From the NCBI RefSeq assembly GCF_020037015.1, contig NZ_JAIQDE010000007.1:115886-179885 (forward strand): DNA of 64,000 nt, given 5' to 3'. Below the pieces are notes generated by a model that was not told the DNA's origin, ran no database searches, and saw nothing but the letters and a program-made list of their open reading frames with translations. Shown here piece after piece: positions 31,739 to 41,492 of this stretch (positions are counted from its first letter, which is position 1; every line of letters starts with the position of its first letter). The position numbers and the translations under genes were made by a program. Origin of the DNA: Corallococcus sp. AS-1-6. GTDB lineage: Bacteria > Myxococcota > Myxococcia > Myxococcales > Myxococcaceae.

Positions 31739-33478
31739 ATGTCGAACGCACCACCCCCCGCCCGCCGACGGCCTACATCTGGCACGCCCTCCTCCGGGAC
31801 CGGTTCGCGCGCGCCGGTCCGCCGGTCGTCCGCCGGTGCCGCCGCGGCCCGCCCCGCGAAGCTCGTCGTCATCGCCGGCCCCATGGAGGGTGAGGAGTTC
31901 GCGCTCTCCGAGCTCGAGTACACGGTCGGCCGCTCCACCGACAACCCCATCTGCATCCAGGACACGTCCGTCTCCCGCAAGCACGTGACGCTGCGCAAGG
32001 AGTCCGCCGGCTGGATGGTCAGTGACATGGGCTCCGGCAACGGCACCATCGTCAACGGCGAGCCCATCTCCGAGGAGACGCTCCTCGCCAACGGCGACGT
32101 CATCACGCTGGGCGACTCGGAGCTGCGCTACGAGGACACCGCCAACAGCACCGCGAAGGTGCAGGCCCCCACCGGCCCCCGGCCCCGTCCGTCCTCGGCG
32201 GCGGGCCGCGGTTCCACGGCCGTGCCCCCGCGCCCCGCCCGCGAGGGCCGCGCGCGCCCGCAGACGTCGCGGGCCGCCGCCGCCGCGGAGCTCTCGCCGG
32301 AGGTGCAGCGCAAGCGCATGCGGATGAAGCTCGCGGGCGCCGCCGTGCTGGTGGTGCTCTTCGCGGGCCTGGGCGTCGCGCGCTCGCGCATGCGGCAACA
32401 GGCGGAGGAGCAGGGCCGCATCGAGGCGGAGCAGCGCAGCTACCGCGAGCAGTTGGGCGGCCTCTTCCAGGAGGCGAAGAACCTGGTGCGCGAGGGCCAG
32501 TGGCAGCAGGCCAAGGCGAAGCTGGAGGAGCTCCACGCGCAGGCGCCGGACTACCCCGGCGTGGCGGACTACCTGAAGGCCGCGGAGCGGGAGATCCCCA
32601 ACCAGAACCACCTGAGCACGGCCCAGGCGGCGCTGGACAAGGGCCAGTTGGCCAGCGCGAAGGCGTCCATCGAGAAGGTGACCAGCGACACCCAGCTCTA
32701 CGAGCAGTTGAAGACGGCGCGCAAGAACCTGACGGACGCCGCCGACACGCGCACGAAGGAGGCCAAGCGGCTGCTGGACACCCGCCAGTTGGAGAACGTG
32801 CAGCAGGCCAAGGCCATCACCGACGACGTGCTCGCGACCTTCCCCGAGCACCGCGACGGCAAGCTGGTCAACGACGACGCCGTGCGCGTCATCGCGGACC
32901 TGACGCGTCCGGACCCCGTGCGCGTGGCCGCGGCGCCCAAGCCGTGGGAGCCCGCCGTGGACCGCTTCCGCGACGGTGACATCACCGGCGCGGTGGCCAT
33001 CCTCAACGCGTGCGCGGCCAAGACGTCCCAGTGCAAGCAGTTGATGGCGCAGGTGACGGAGTTCGGCAACCTCTACAAGAAGCTGGAGGACCTGGACGCC
33101 AAGGGCCTCACCCGCCTGCTCGCGCTGGACAAGGACATCACCGACGGGCGCGCCAGCAAGATGGCGCGCAACGCGGGCACCCGCGCGGGCAACATCTATT
33201 ACAAGAGCGCCGCGGGCGCGAAGGCCGCCGGCCAGTGGTCGCGCGCCATGGAGTTCGCCCGCCGCGCGCTCCAGGCGGACCCCAGCCACGCGGGCGCCGC
33301 CAACATCGTCAACGACCTCAAGGGCAAGGCGAAGGACCTGTACATGCAGGCCTACTCCATCAAGGACTCCAGCCCGGAGGACGCGCTGCCCAAGTTCCGC
33401 GACGTCGTCGCGATGACGCCGCCCGACGACGAGCTGCACGGCAAGGCCCAGGGCTGGGTCGAGAAGCTGTCGCGATGA
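31739..33478 (+). CDS. FHA-domain membrane protein with C-terminal TPR-like domain
   Basis: FHA ...YTVGRSTDNPICIQDTSVSRKHVTL...GSGNGTIVNG...; TM MKLAGAAVLVVLFAGLGVA; helical repeats. Confidence 0.7.
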   Translation: MSNAPPPARRRPTSGTPSSGTGSRAPVRRSSAGAAAARPAKLVVIAGPMEGEEFALSELEYTVGRSTDNPICIQDTSVSRKHVTLRKESAGWMVSDMGSGNGTIVNGEPISEETLLANGDVITLGDSELRYEDTANSTAKVQAPTGPRPRPSSAAGRGSTAVPPRPAREGRARPQTSRAAAAAELSPEVQRKRMRMKLAGAAVLVVLFAGLGVARSRMRQQAEEQGRIEAEQRSYREQLGGLFQEAKNLVREGQWQQAKAKLEELHAQAPDYPGVADYLKAAEREIPNQNHLSTAQAALDKGQLASAKASIEKVTSDTQLYEQLKTARKNLTDAADTRTKEAKRLLDTRQLENVQQAKAITDDVLATFPEHRDGKLVNDDAVRVIADLTRPDPVRVAAAPKPWEPAVDRFRDGDITGAVAILNACAAKTSQCKQLMAQVTEFGNLYKKLEDLDAKGLTRLLALDKDITDGRASKMARNAGTRAGNIYYKSAAGAKAAGQWSRAMEFARRALQADPSHAGAANIVNDLKGKAKDLYMQAYSIKDSSPEDALPKFRDVVAMTPPDDELHGKAQGWVEKLSR

Positions 33479-35190
33479 AGAAGCGCAAGGGGTTGGAGCC
33501 GCCCCCGGCCGACGAGCCGGGGCAGGGCGACCTGTTCGGCACGTCGCTGCTACCCCCCTTGCGTCCCGCGCCGGCGAAGGCCGCCAGCGGAGGCAGGCCG
33601 CCCCCGGCCCCGCCCACCGCGCCGGTGGCTGAAGTCGCCGCGCCGCCGCCGCCCGCCGCAGTCACCCCGCCGCCGCGCCCCGAGCGCACGGTGCTGTCGG
33701 TGGGCGAGCTCACCCGGCAGATCAAGCAGACGGTGGAGTCGCGCTTCCCGCGCGTGATGGTGCGCGGCGAGGTGTCCAGCTTCCGGGGCGCCAACGCGCG
33801 CGGCCACTGGTACTTCACGCTCAAGGACCCGGACGCCTCCATCGACGCGAAGGTGTGGGCGTCCATGGCCAGCCGCATCCGCTTCGCGCTGCGCGACGGC
33901 ATGGAGGTCGTGGCCGAGGGCAGCGTGGACCTGTACGAGCCGCAGGGCCGCTACAGCCTCATCGTGTCCCGGCTGGAGCCGGTGGGCGAGGGCGCGCTGG
34001 CGCTCGCGTTCGAGCAGCTCAAGCAGCGGCTGGCGGCGGAGGGGCTCATCGGCGACCGGCGCGTGCGGCCGCCCCGGCCCGTGCCGTTCCTACCCCGGCG
34101 CATCGGCGTCGTGACGAGCCGCACCGGCGCGGCGCTCCAGGACTTCCTGCGCGTGCTGCACTCGCGCAACCCCCGGCTGGGCGTGCTGCTGGCGGACGCG
34201 CGCGTGCAGGGGGAGGGCTCCGCGGAGGACGTGGCGCGGGCCATCGAGCGGCTCTCGCGCACCGACGTGGACGTCATCGTCGTGACGCGCGGCGGAGGCT
34301 CCGTGGAGGACCTCTGGACGTTCAACGAGGAGCGGGTGGCGCGCGCCATCTTCGCCTCGCCCGTGCCGGTGGTGTCCGCCATCGGCCACGAGATCGACTT
34401 CACCATCTCCGACTTCGTCGCGGACCTGCGCGCGCCCACGCCCAGCGCGGCGGCGGAGCGGCTGGCGCCGGTGCTGGCGGACCTGGAGCTGACGCTGGCC
34501 ACGCAGTCCGGCCGGCTGCGCCGGGCCATGGAGCGCCGGGTGCTGGAGCTGCGCGAGCGCCAGGGCCAGCTCCGCGCGCGGCTGCCGGACCCTCGCCGCG
34601 AGGTGAACCACCAGCGCCTGCACCTGTCCGAACAGGTGGAGGCGATGATGCGCGTGCTGCGCCCCCGCGTGCGTCAGGACCGGGAGACGCTGCGCGCCCT
34701 GCAGGAGCGGCTGCAGCGGGCGCGGCCCCAGACGCGGCTGTCGGAGCAGCGGGCGCACCTGCTCAAGCTGGCCATGCGCCTGTCGGACGCCGCTCGCGCG
34801 GGCGTCACCCGGCGGCGGGGCGCGCTGGCGGACGCGCGGCTGGGGCTGGAGCGGCAGTCCCCCACGGCGCGGGTGGCGGCCGAGCGGGCGAAGGTGGCCC
34901 AGGCGCGAGCGCGGCTCCTGGAGCTCCAGCGGGGAATGCTGGCCTCCGCGCAGACGCACTTCGGACGGCTGGGCGGCCGCCTGGACGCCCTGAGCCCCCT
35001 GAAGGTGATGTCGCGCGGCTACGCGGTGACGTTCCGCCAGCGGGACGGCGTGGTGGTCCGCTCCATGGCGGACGTGGTGGTGGGGGACGTGCTGGGCATC
35101 AAGCTGGCGGCCCACGGGGCGAAAACGCTGGGTGGGTGTGAAGAAATCGAAGCGACCGTTACCAGCCTGAAAGGCCCGGTGGACTGCTAG
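33475..35190 (+). CDS. xseA: exodeoxyribonuclease VII large subunit
   Basis: OB-fold N-terminus ...VRGEVSSFRG.ARGHWYFTLKD..., catalytic ...VVTRGGGSVEDLW.FNEE..., coiled-coil C-terminus; ATGA overlap upstream. Confidence 0.85.
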   Translation: MKKRKGLEPPPADEPGQGDLFGTSLLPPLRPAPAKAASGGRPPPAPPTAPVAEVAAPPPPAAVTPPPRPERTVLSVGELTRQIKQTVESRFPRVMVRGEVSSFRGANARGHWYFTLKDPDASIDAKVWASMASRIRFALRDGMEVVAEGSVDLYEPQGRYSLIVSRLEPVGEGALALAFEQLKQRLAAEGLIGDRRVRPPRPVPFLPRRIGVVTSRTGAALQDFLRVLHSRNPRLGVLLADARVQGEGSAEDVARAIERLSRTDVDVIVVTRGGGSVEDLWTFNEERVARAIFASPVPVVSAIGHEIDFTISDFVADLRAPTPSAAAERLAPVLADLELTLATQSGRLRRAMERRVLELRERQGQLRARLPDPRREVNHQRLHLSEQVEAMMRVLRPRVRQDRETLRALQERLQRARPQTRLSEQRAHLLKLAMRLSDAARAGVTRRRGALADARLGLERQSPTARVAAERAKVAQARARLLELQRGMLASAQTHFGRLGGRLDALSPLKVMSRGYAVTFRQRDGVVVRSMADVVVGDVLGIKLAAHGAKTLGGCEEIEATVTSLKGPVDC

Positions 35191-35231
35191 CGGGCCACCC
35201 TCTACATTCCGCGCCCCGCTCGGGGAGGTGG

Positions 35232-35570
35232 ATGGCCGTGGCGAAGTCGGACAAGAACCCCAAGGTGGAGCCCGCTCCGGAGCAGTACGGAGACGTGGTG
35301 TCGCGCCTGGAAGAGACGGTGGCGCGGCTGGAAGGCGGCGACCTGTCGCTGGAAGAGTCGCTCAAGGCGTTCGAGGAGGGCATCCGCCTCGTCCGCCGGG
35401 GCGAGAAGCTGCTCACGGAGGCCGAGCAGCGCATCGAGCAGTTGCTGGTGGACGAGGACGGCCAGGACGTCGTGGCGCCGCTGGCGGTGGCGGCCCGGCC
35501 CGCTCCCCAGGCTGCCCCCCGGACGACCGCGCAGGCGCGTCCGCCACCGGAGGACGATGTCCCGTTCTAG
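35232..35570 (+). CDS. xseB: exodeoxyribonuclease VII small subunit
   Basis: FEESLKRLEEIV-like ...VVSRLEETVARLEGGDLSLEESLKAFEEGIRLVRRGEKLL. Confidence 0.8.
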   Translation: MAVAKSDKNPKVEPAPEQYGDVVSRLEETVARLEGGDLSLEESLKAFEEGIRLVRRGEKLLTEAEQRIEQLLVDEDGQDVVAPLAVAARPAPQAAPRTTAQARPPPEDDVPF

Positions 35571-35597
35571 GCATCAGGGGAAGGGCGGAGGCCGGGC

Positions 35598-35987
35598 ATG
35601 TCGAAGCCGAAGATTACGATTGTCGATGATGACCGCGACACGCGCGAGCTGCTCGCCGAGGCCCTGGGGGCCGAGGGCTTCGAGGTCATGTCCGCGGCCA
35701 ACGGCCTGCGGCTCGTCGCGTCGCTGGAGCTGCACCGCCCGCACGCCATCCTCCTGGACGTGAACATGTCCTGGATCAACGGCTTCGAGCTGTGTCAGGC
35801 CGTGAAGCAGAACAAGCAGTTCCGGGACATCCCCATCATCTTCATCAGCGGGCGGGGAGACCCGGAGGACAAGCGGCGTGGCATGGAGGTCGGCGCGGCC
35901 GACTACTTCGTGAAGCCGCTGGAGCTGGACGCGCTCGTCAAGCGCATCCGCGAACTCATCCCCGCCGACGTGGCGAAGGAGCCCTGA
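35598..35987 (+). CDS. single-domain CheY-like response regulator receiver
   Basis: ITIVDDD...ILLDVNMSWINGFEL...DIPIIFISGRGD...YFVKP. Confidence 0.8.
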   Translation: MSKPKITIVDDDRDTRELLAEALGAEGFEVMSAANGLRLVASLELHRPHAILLDVNMSWINGFELCQAVKQNKQFRDIPIIFISGRGDPEDKRRGMEVGAADYFVKPLELDALVKRIRELIPADVAKEP

Positions 35988-35992
35988 CGCCG

Positions 35993-36886
35993 ATGGCCGC
36001 ATTCAACCTGGAACCCTTCATGCGCACGCACCAGGCGCGGGTGGAGGCGCTCCTGCTCGAACGCGCGGACCGCCTGGGTCCCGCGGGCACGCCGCCCCGG
36101 CTGGCGGAGGCCATGCGCTACTCGCTGCTCGCGGGCGGCAAGCGCCTGCGCCCCGTGCTCTGCCTGGCCTTCGCGGACGCGGTGGCGAAGGCGAGCACCG
36201 ACAGCGCCGTGGTGTTGGATGCGGCGTGCTCGCTGGAGTACGTGCACACCTATTCGCTGGTGCATGACGACCTGCCCTGCCTGGACAACGACGACCTGCG
36301 CCGGGGCCGGCCCACGAACCACAAGGTCTACGGTGAGCCGCTGGCGCTGCTGGCCGGGGACGGGCTGCTCACGGAGGCCTTCCACGTGCTCGCCGGAGGG
36401 CCGGAGCCGGTGCGCGGCCTGCTGTGCGCGGAGCTGGCGCGCGCGGCGGGCGCGAGCGGCATGGTGGGCGGGCAGGTGCTGGACATCGCGGCGGACCGGG
36501 CCGCGGCGCTGGACTACCTGCTGCGGCTGCACCGGATGAAGACGGGCGCGCTCATCCTCGCGGCGTGCCGGATGGGCGTCCTGGCGGCCGGGGGCGACGC
36601 GGCGGCGCTCGCCAGCGCGGTGACGTACGGTGAGGCGGTGGGCCTGGCCTTCCAGATTGCAGATGACGTGCTGGACGTGACCTCCAGCGCGGAGGCGATG
36701 GGCAAGCCGGTGGGCGCGGACGCGGAGGCCGGGCGCTTCACCTTCCCGGCGGTGGTGGGGCTGGACGAGTCCCGCCGCATGGCCGACGAGCTGGTGGCCC
36801 GGGCGGAGGCCGCGGTGCGCCCGCTGGAGGGCGTGGACGGTCCGCTGGCGGCGCTGGCGCGCTACTCGGTGGAGCGGAAGTCCTGA
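35993..36886 (+). CDS. ispA: polyprenyl (farnesyl/geranylgeranyl) diphosphate synthase
   Basis: First DDxxD: LVHDDLPCLDNDDLRRG; second: FQIADDVLD; 297 aa. Confidence 0.85.
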   Translation: MAAFNLEPFMRTHQARVEALLLERADRLGPAGTPPRLAEAMRYSLLAGGKRLRPVLCLAFADAVAKASTDSAVVLDAACSLEYVHTYSLVHDDLPCLDNDDLRRGRPTNHKVYGEPLALLAGDGLLTEAFHVLAGGPEPVRGLLCAELARAAGASGMVGGQVLDIAADRAAALDYLLRLHRMKTGALILAACRMGVLAAGGDAAALASAVTYGEAVGLAFQIADDVLDVTSSAEAMGKPVGADAEAGRFTFPAVVGLDESRRMADELVARAEAAVRPLEGVDGPLAALARYSVERKS

Positions 36887-38742
36887 TGGCGGACGTGCTG
36901 TCCGGTGTCGAGTCTCCCGCGGATGTGCGCGCGCTCCCCGAGGACGCGCTGCCCGGCCTGTGCGAGGCGCTGCGCGAGGCCATCATCACCACGTGCGGAC
37001 GCGTGGGCGGCCACCTGGGCGCGTCGCTGGGCGCGGTCGAATTGATCGTGGCCCTGCACCGCGTCTTCCACACGCCGCAGGACGCGCTCCTCTTCGACGT
37101 GGGGCACCAGGCGTACGCGCACAAGCTGCTCACCGGCCGGCGGGACCGGATGCACACGCTGCGGCAGGCGGACGGCATCGCGCCGTTCCTGGATCCGCGC
37201 GAGAGCCACCACGACGCGCTGGCGGCCGGGCATGCGTGCACGGCCATCTCCGCGGCGCTGGGCCTGCTCTCCGGCCGGCGGCAGTTGGGCCACACGGGCC
37301 ACGTGGTGGCGGTGGTGGGCGACGGCGCGCTCACCGGGGGCCTGAGCTTCGAGGGGCTCAACAACGCGGGGGGCAGCCCGCTGCCGCTCGTGGTGGTGCT
37401 CAACGACAACCAGATGTCCATCAGCGCGAACGTGGGCGCCATCCCGGCGCTCCTGCGCACGCGCAACGCCCGCGCCTTCTTCGAGTCGCTGGGCTTCACC
37501 TACCTGGGCCCGGTGGACGGGCACGACCTGGGCGTGCTCACGCGGGCCCTGCGCGAGGCAAAGGCGTCATCCCGCCCGGTGGTGGTGCACGCGCTGACGA
37601 AGAAGGGGCGCGGCTTCCCTCCCGCGGAGGCGGACGAGCAGACGCGCGGCCACGCGATGGGGCCGTACGAGTGGCGCGACGGCAAGCTGGTGCGCTCGCG
37701 CGGGGGACGGCCCACGTTCAGCGAGGCCTTCGCCCAGGTGCTGGGCGACGCGCTGGAGCGCGACCCGCGCGTGGTGGCGGTGACGCCCGCGATGCTGGAG
37801 GGCAGCGCGCTCACTGGTTTGAAGGAGCGTTTCCCGGACCGCGTGCACGACGTGGGCATCGCGGAGCAGCACGCGGTGACGTTCTGCGCGGGGCTGGCCG
37901 CGGCGGGCGCGAAGCCGGTGTGCGTCATCTACTCCACCTTCCTCCAGCGCGCGTACGACCAGGTGGTCCACGACGTGTGCCTGCCGGGGCTGCCCGTCGT
38001 CTTCGCGGTGGACCGGGCGGGGCTCGTGGGCGCGGACGGCGCCACGCACCAGGGGGCCTACGACGTGTCCTTCCTCCGGCCGTTGCCGGGCCTCACGCAG
38101 TGGGCCCCGGTGGTGGGGGAGGACCTGGAGCCCATGCTCGCCACCGCGCTCCAGGCCTCCGGGCCCTCCGTGCTGCGCTTCCCGCGAGGCACACTGCCGG
38201 ACCTCCCGCCGGAGCTGGCACAGGGCGACACGGAGGCGCAGGGGCCGTCCTCGCCCGGACAGCCGACCCACGACACGCGCGCTGGCGCGGCAGGGGCCAT
38301 GGGCTCCGCGGCCTCACGGGTGACGCAGGCCGCGCTCCCCATGCCGGGGGCCCGCTGGCTGAAGCGCGTGGCCGGATCGCGGCTGACGCTGGTGACGCTG
38401 GGCCCCCTGGGCCTTTCCGCGCTGGAGGCCGCGCGGAGCGAGCCGGACTGGAGCGTGCTGGACGCGCGCCGGGCCTGGCCCCTGGATGAGGCCGCGCTCC
38501 TGGAGGCCGCGGCGGGCGGGCATGTGGTGGTGGCCGAGGAGGGCACCACCCGCGGCGGCCTGGGCAGCGCGGTGCTGGAGCTGTACGCGGCCTGCGGCGT
38601 GTCCCCCCGGGTGACGCTGCTGGGCATGCCGGATGTCTTCCTGCCGCACGGGGACGCGCGGGTGCAGCGGACGCAACTGGGACTGGACGCGGCGGGCCTG
38701 CGGCGCGCGGGCCGTGCGCTGCTGGGAGAGGAGCACCGGTGA
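36886..38742 (+). CDS. dxs: 1-deoxy-D-xylulose-5-phosphate synthase
   Basis: TPP motif ...GDGALTGGLSFEGLNNAG..., transketolase-like domains; TGATG overlap with ispA stop. Confidence 0.9.
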   Translation: MADVLSGVESPADVRALPEDALPGLCEALREAIITTCGRVGGHLGASLGAVELIVALHRVFHTPQDALLFDVGHQAYAHKLLTGRRDRMHTLRQADGIAPFLDPRESHHDALAAGHACTAISAALGLLSGRRQLGHTGHVVAVVGDGALTGGLSFEGLNNAGGSPLPLVVVLNDNQMSISANVGAIPALLRTRNARAFFESLGFTYLGPVDGHDLGVLTRALREAKASSRPVVVHALTKKGRGFPPAEADEQTRGHAMGPYEWRDGKLVRSRGGRPTFSEAFAQVLGDALERDPRVVAVTPAMLEGSALTGLKERFPDRVHDVGIAEQHAVTFCAGLAAAGAKPVCVIYSTFLQRAYDQVVHDVCLPGLPVVFAVDRAGLVGADGATHQGAYDVSFLRPLPGLTQWAPVVGEDLEPMLATALQASGPSVLRFPRGTLPDLPPELAQGDTEAQGPSSPGQPTHDTRAGAAGAMGSAASRVTQAALPMPGARWLKRVAGSRLTLVTLGPLGLSALEAARSEPDWSVLDARRAWPLDEAALLEAAAGGHVVVAEEGTTRGGLGSAVLELYAACGVSPRVTLLGMPDVFLPHGDARVQRTQLGLDAAGLRRAGRALLGEEHR

Positions 38743-39479
38743 AGCCGAAGAAGGAACGCCTGGACGTGCTGGTGGTGGAGCGCGGGCTCGCCGAGTCGCG
38801 CACCAAGGCCCAGGCGCTCATCCTCGCCGGACAGGTGGTGGTGGCGGACCAGCGCGTGGACAAGCCCGGCTCCCTGGTCCCCGTGGAGGCCGAGCTGCGC
38901 CTCAAGGGCGAGGTCCTGCCGTACGTGTCGCGCGGCGGCCTCAAGCTGAAGGCGGCCATGGACCGCTTCGGCCTGGACGTGACGGGCCGCGTGGGCGCGG
39001 ACATCGGCGCCAGCACCGGCGGCTTCACCGACTGCCTGCTCCAGCACGGTGCGGTGCGGGTCCACGCCATCGACGTGGGCTACGGCCAGCTCCACGAGAA
39101 GCTGCGCGTGGATCCGCGCGTGCGCTCCCGCGAGCGGGTCAACGCGCGCTACCTCACGGACGAGGACCTGCCGGAGAAGGTGGGCGTGGTCGTCATCGAC
39201 GTGAGCTTCATCTCGCTCACCCAGGTGCTGCCGTCGGTGCTGCCGTTCCTCTCACCGGGCGGCCTGCTCATCGCCCTGGTGAAGCCCCAGTTCGAGGTGG
39301 GCCCGGAGCGCGTGGGCAAGGGCGGCGTGGTGCGCGACCCGGAGGCGCGCCAGGACGCCATCGACACCGTGACGGCCTTCGTGCGCGAGCACGGGCTCAC
39401 CGTGCGCGGGGTGATGGACTCACCCGTGCCCGGGCCCGCCGGCAACGTGGAGGCGCTCCTCGTCGCCGACAGGCCCTGA
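38739..39479 (+). CDS. tlyA: TlyA-family rRNA (cytidine-2'-O)-methyltransferase
   Basis: S4 domain RLDVLVVERGLAESRTKAQALI; FtsJ-like MTase DIGASTGGFTD; overlaps dxs stop. Confidence 0.85.
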   Translation: MKPKKERLDVLVVERGLAESRTKAQALILAGQVVVADQRVDKPGSLVPVEAELRLKGEVLPYVSRGGLKLKAAMDRFGLDVTGRVGADIGASTGGFTDCLLQHGAVRVHAIDVGYGQLHEKLRVDPRVRSRERVNARYLTDEDLPEKVGVVVIDVSFISLTQVLPSVLPFLSPGGLLIALVKPQFEVGPERVGKGGVVRDPEARQDAIDTVTAFVREHGLTVRGVMDSPVPGPAGNVEALLVADRP

Positions 39480-39488
39480 GGGCCGCCG

Positions 39489-41051
39489 TCACTGCCTGAC
39501 GGCGCGGTACTCGGGCAGCGTGAGGGCCTGGACCAGGTTGTTGCCCACGCGCATCCACAGCCGCCCGCCGTCATCCACGGAGCAGGACAGGCTGCTGGAG
39601 ACCTCGTAGCGGAACAGCTCGCCCTGTTCCGCGGAGTCCACCGCGACGATCTCCTGGGGCAGGGCGCCCGCCACGTTCGGGCCGGTGAGCAGGTAGAACT
39701 CCGGGCTCGTCGGCAGGCCCAACTGCACCTGGTGGATGCGCAACTGCCCGGACGCGTCCACGGACGTGCCGCCCTTGTTCATCACCAGGCCGCTCGTCGA
39801 GTTCAGGAACCACACGCGCTGGTCTCCAATGGCCGCCACCTTCGAGCCGCCATGGAACGGGAGCAGGAAGCGGATGGGCACCGGGAACGTGGTGCTGGAC
39901 CAGCGGTACGCGTTGCCCTCGCAGCCCGCGGCCTCCGTGGAGCAGGCCTCGATGCGCGACTGGTTGTTGGCGAAGTCGAAGGACATGTAGAGCGTGGACC
40001 CGTCCACGCTGAACGACGCGGGCGGCGGCGCGCTGATGAGGCCGTTGTACGTGTAGATGATGCGCGTGCTCACCGGCTGGAGGTCCGCGCTCGTGGCGTT
40101 CGCGTCCAGCGTGGCGATCTCGATCTGCAGGGCGTCCCCGCCCCCCCCCGCGTTGTTCGGGTAGGCCACCAGCACCTGCTGGCCCTTCTCCTTGGGCGGG
40201 GTGATGGGCTGCAGCGGCGCGTTCTCGAACGTCCACTGGAAGGAGCCGCCGGACGCCGTGTGCTTCAGGCGCGACACCGTGTACAGGTCGTTCACCAGCG
40301 CGTCGCCGTTGGCCATCACGGACAGGTTCTGCAGCTTGTACGTGGGCGCGGTGCGGCCGGTGATGGCGAAGTTGGCGTCCACCGCCACCGCGCCCGTGCC
40401 GGGCGTCCACACCCACCGCTTGCCGCTCTGGGCGTTGACGCTGGTGATGACCGTCGCGGAGCTGCACGGGATGCCCATCTCCACCGAGTTGCGCACCACG
40501 CCCGCCGAGTCCACGCGGAAGAGCGTGCCGGAGCCCGTGGTGGGGTTGCCGCACCCGATGAAGGCGACGTTCGTGCCGCTGCCCTCGGCGATGAAGAAGT
40601 CCGTCACCACCTGGCCGTTGGGGTCCGGATCCTTGATGACCTTCGCCACCGGCAGGAACGTGGCCGCCTGCGGCTGGGACACGTTCGTCCGGCCGTCCGC
40701 GCACGTCGCCCGCGCGTTGAGCGACAGGCTCGCGGCGAGCCCGCGGGTGTACTTGATCTCATTCGAGGCCAGCTCGAAGTCCATGGACCCGCTGGTGTAG
40801 GGCACGGTCTTCAGGAACGTGTCCCGGTCGTAGATGTCCACCCGCGACACGGCGTCACACCCGGACACGATGACCCGCACCGTCAGCGACGGGGCCGCCG
40901 TGTTGGGCTGCGGCACGGTGAGCGTCACCGTCGGCGGGTCCGGAGTGGGGGCCGGCTTCTCACCACCACAGGCGGTGAACACGGAAGCACAGAGGGTCAG
41001 CGAGGCCAGGAGGGCCCGCGGCGCGAACGGGCGCGAAGGGACGGAGTGCAT
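39489..41051 (-). CDS. hypothetical secreted lipoprotein
   Basis: Start at MHSV (41051); lipobox LTLCASVFTAC; beta-rich, Cys-containing; no recognisable domain. Confidence 0.55.
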   Translation of the reverse strand: MHSVPSRPFAPRALLASLTLCASVFTACGGEKPAPTPDPPTVTLTVPQPNTAAPSLTVRVIVSGCDAVSRVDIYDRDTFLKTVPYTSGSMDFELASNEIKYTRGLAASLSLNARATCADGRTNVSQPQAATFLPVAKVIKDPDPNGQVVTDFFIAEGSGTNVAFIGCGNPTTGSGTLFRVDSAGVVRNSVEMGIPCSSATVITSVNAQSGKRWVWTPGTGAVAVDANFAITGRTAPTYKLQNLSVMANGDALVNDLYTVSRLKHTASGGSFQWTFENAPLQPITPPKEKGQQVLVAYPNNAGGGGDALQIEIATLDANATSADLQPVSTRIIYTYNGLISAPPPASFSVDGSTLYMSFDFANNQSRIEACSTEAAGCEGNAYRWSSTTFPVPIRFLLPFHGGSKVAAIGDQRVWFLNSTSGLVMNKGGTSVDASGQLRIHQVQLGLPTSPEFYLLTGPNVAGALPQEIVAVDSAEQGELFRYEVSSSLSCSVDDGGRLWMRVGNNLVQALTLPEYRAVRQ

Positions 41052-41492
41052 GGTTTCGCACTCTAGCGCGCTCCCTCGGGAAGCGGGCGGGGCCACCTCC
41101 CCCGCGCCTTCCCCCGGCTCCCTGATCGCGAGATCCCCTGAAAACCCCCAGCGGGGGCCTGCCCGCCCGCCCTGCCTCCGGCCGGACGAAGAGGGTGGTA
41201 TTGGAAGAAAGTGACAGCCTGGCTGTTTTCATGGGATTCCCGCCTGGCAAGGGCTGGGCGGGCGGTTTCCGGTCACCGGACCGTCACGCGCGTGCGGGAT
41301 TCCGGAGGAAGAAGGCCGGTCCGGGGTATACGTCGCGCGCCTTTTCCCACCCCTCTCTCATGAGGAGAGCCCCGTTCATCCGCTGGCCCGCGGACGGGTT
41401 AGACGGCATGATCCGGAATCGACCATGACTCCTTTCGCACCCAACGGGTTTCCGCGACGTCGTTCCCTGTCTGGGCGGGGCGGAGGCGCGCC

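Noticed and set aside
39484-39504. 8-bp stem hairpin (cgccgtca ctgcc tgacggcg) between convergent tlyA and lipoprotein genes
   Set aside because: No downstream T-tract and it overlaps the lipoprotein stop codon; could be a weak bidirectional terminator but not supportable as intrinsic terminator
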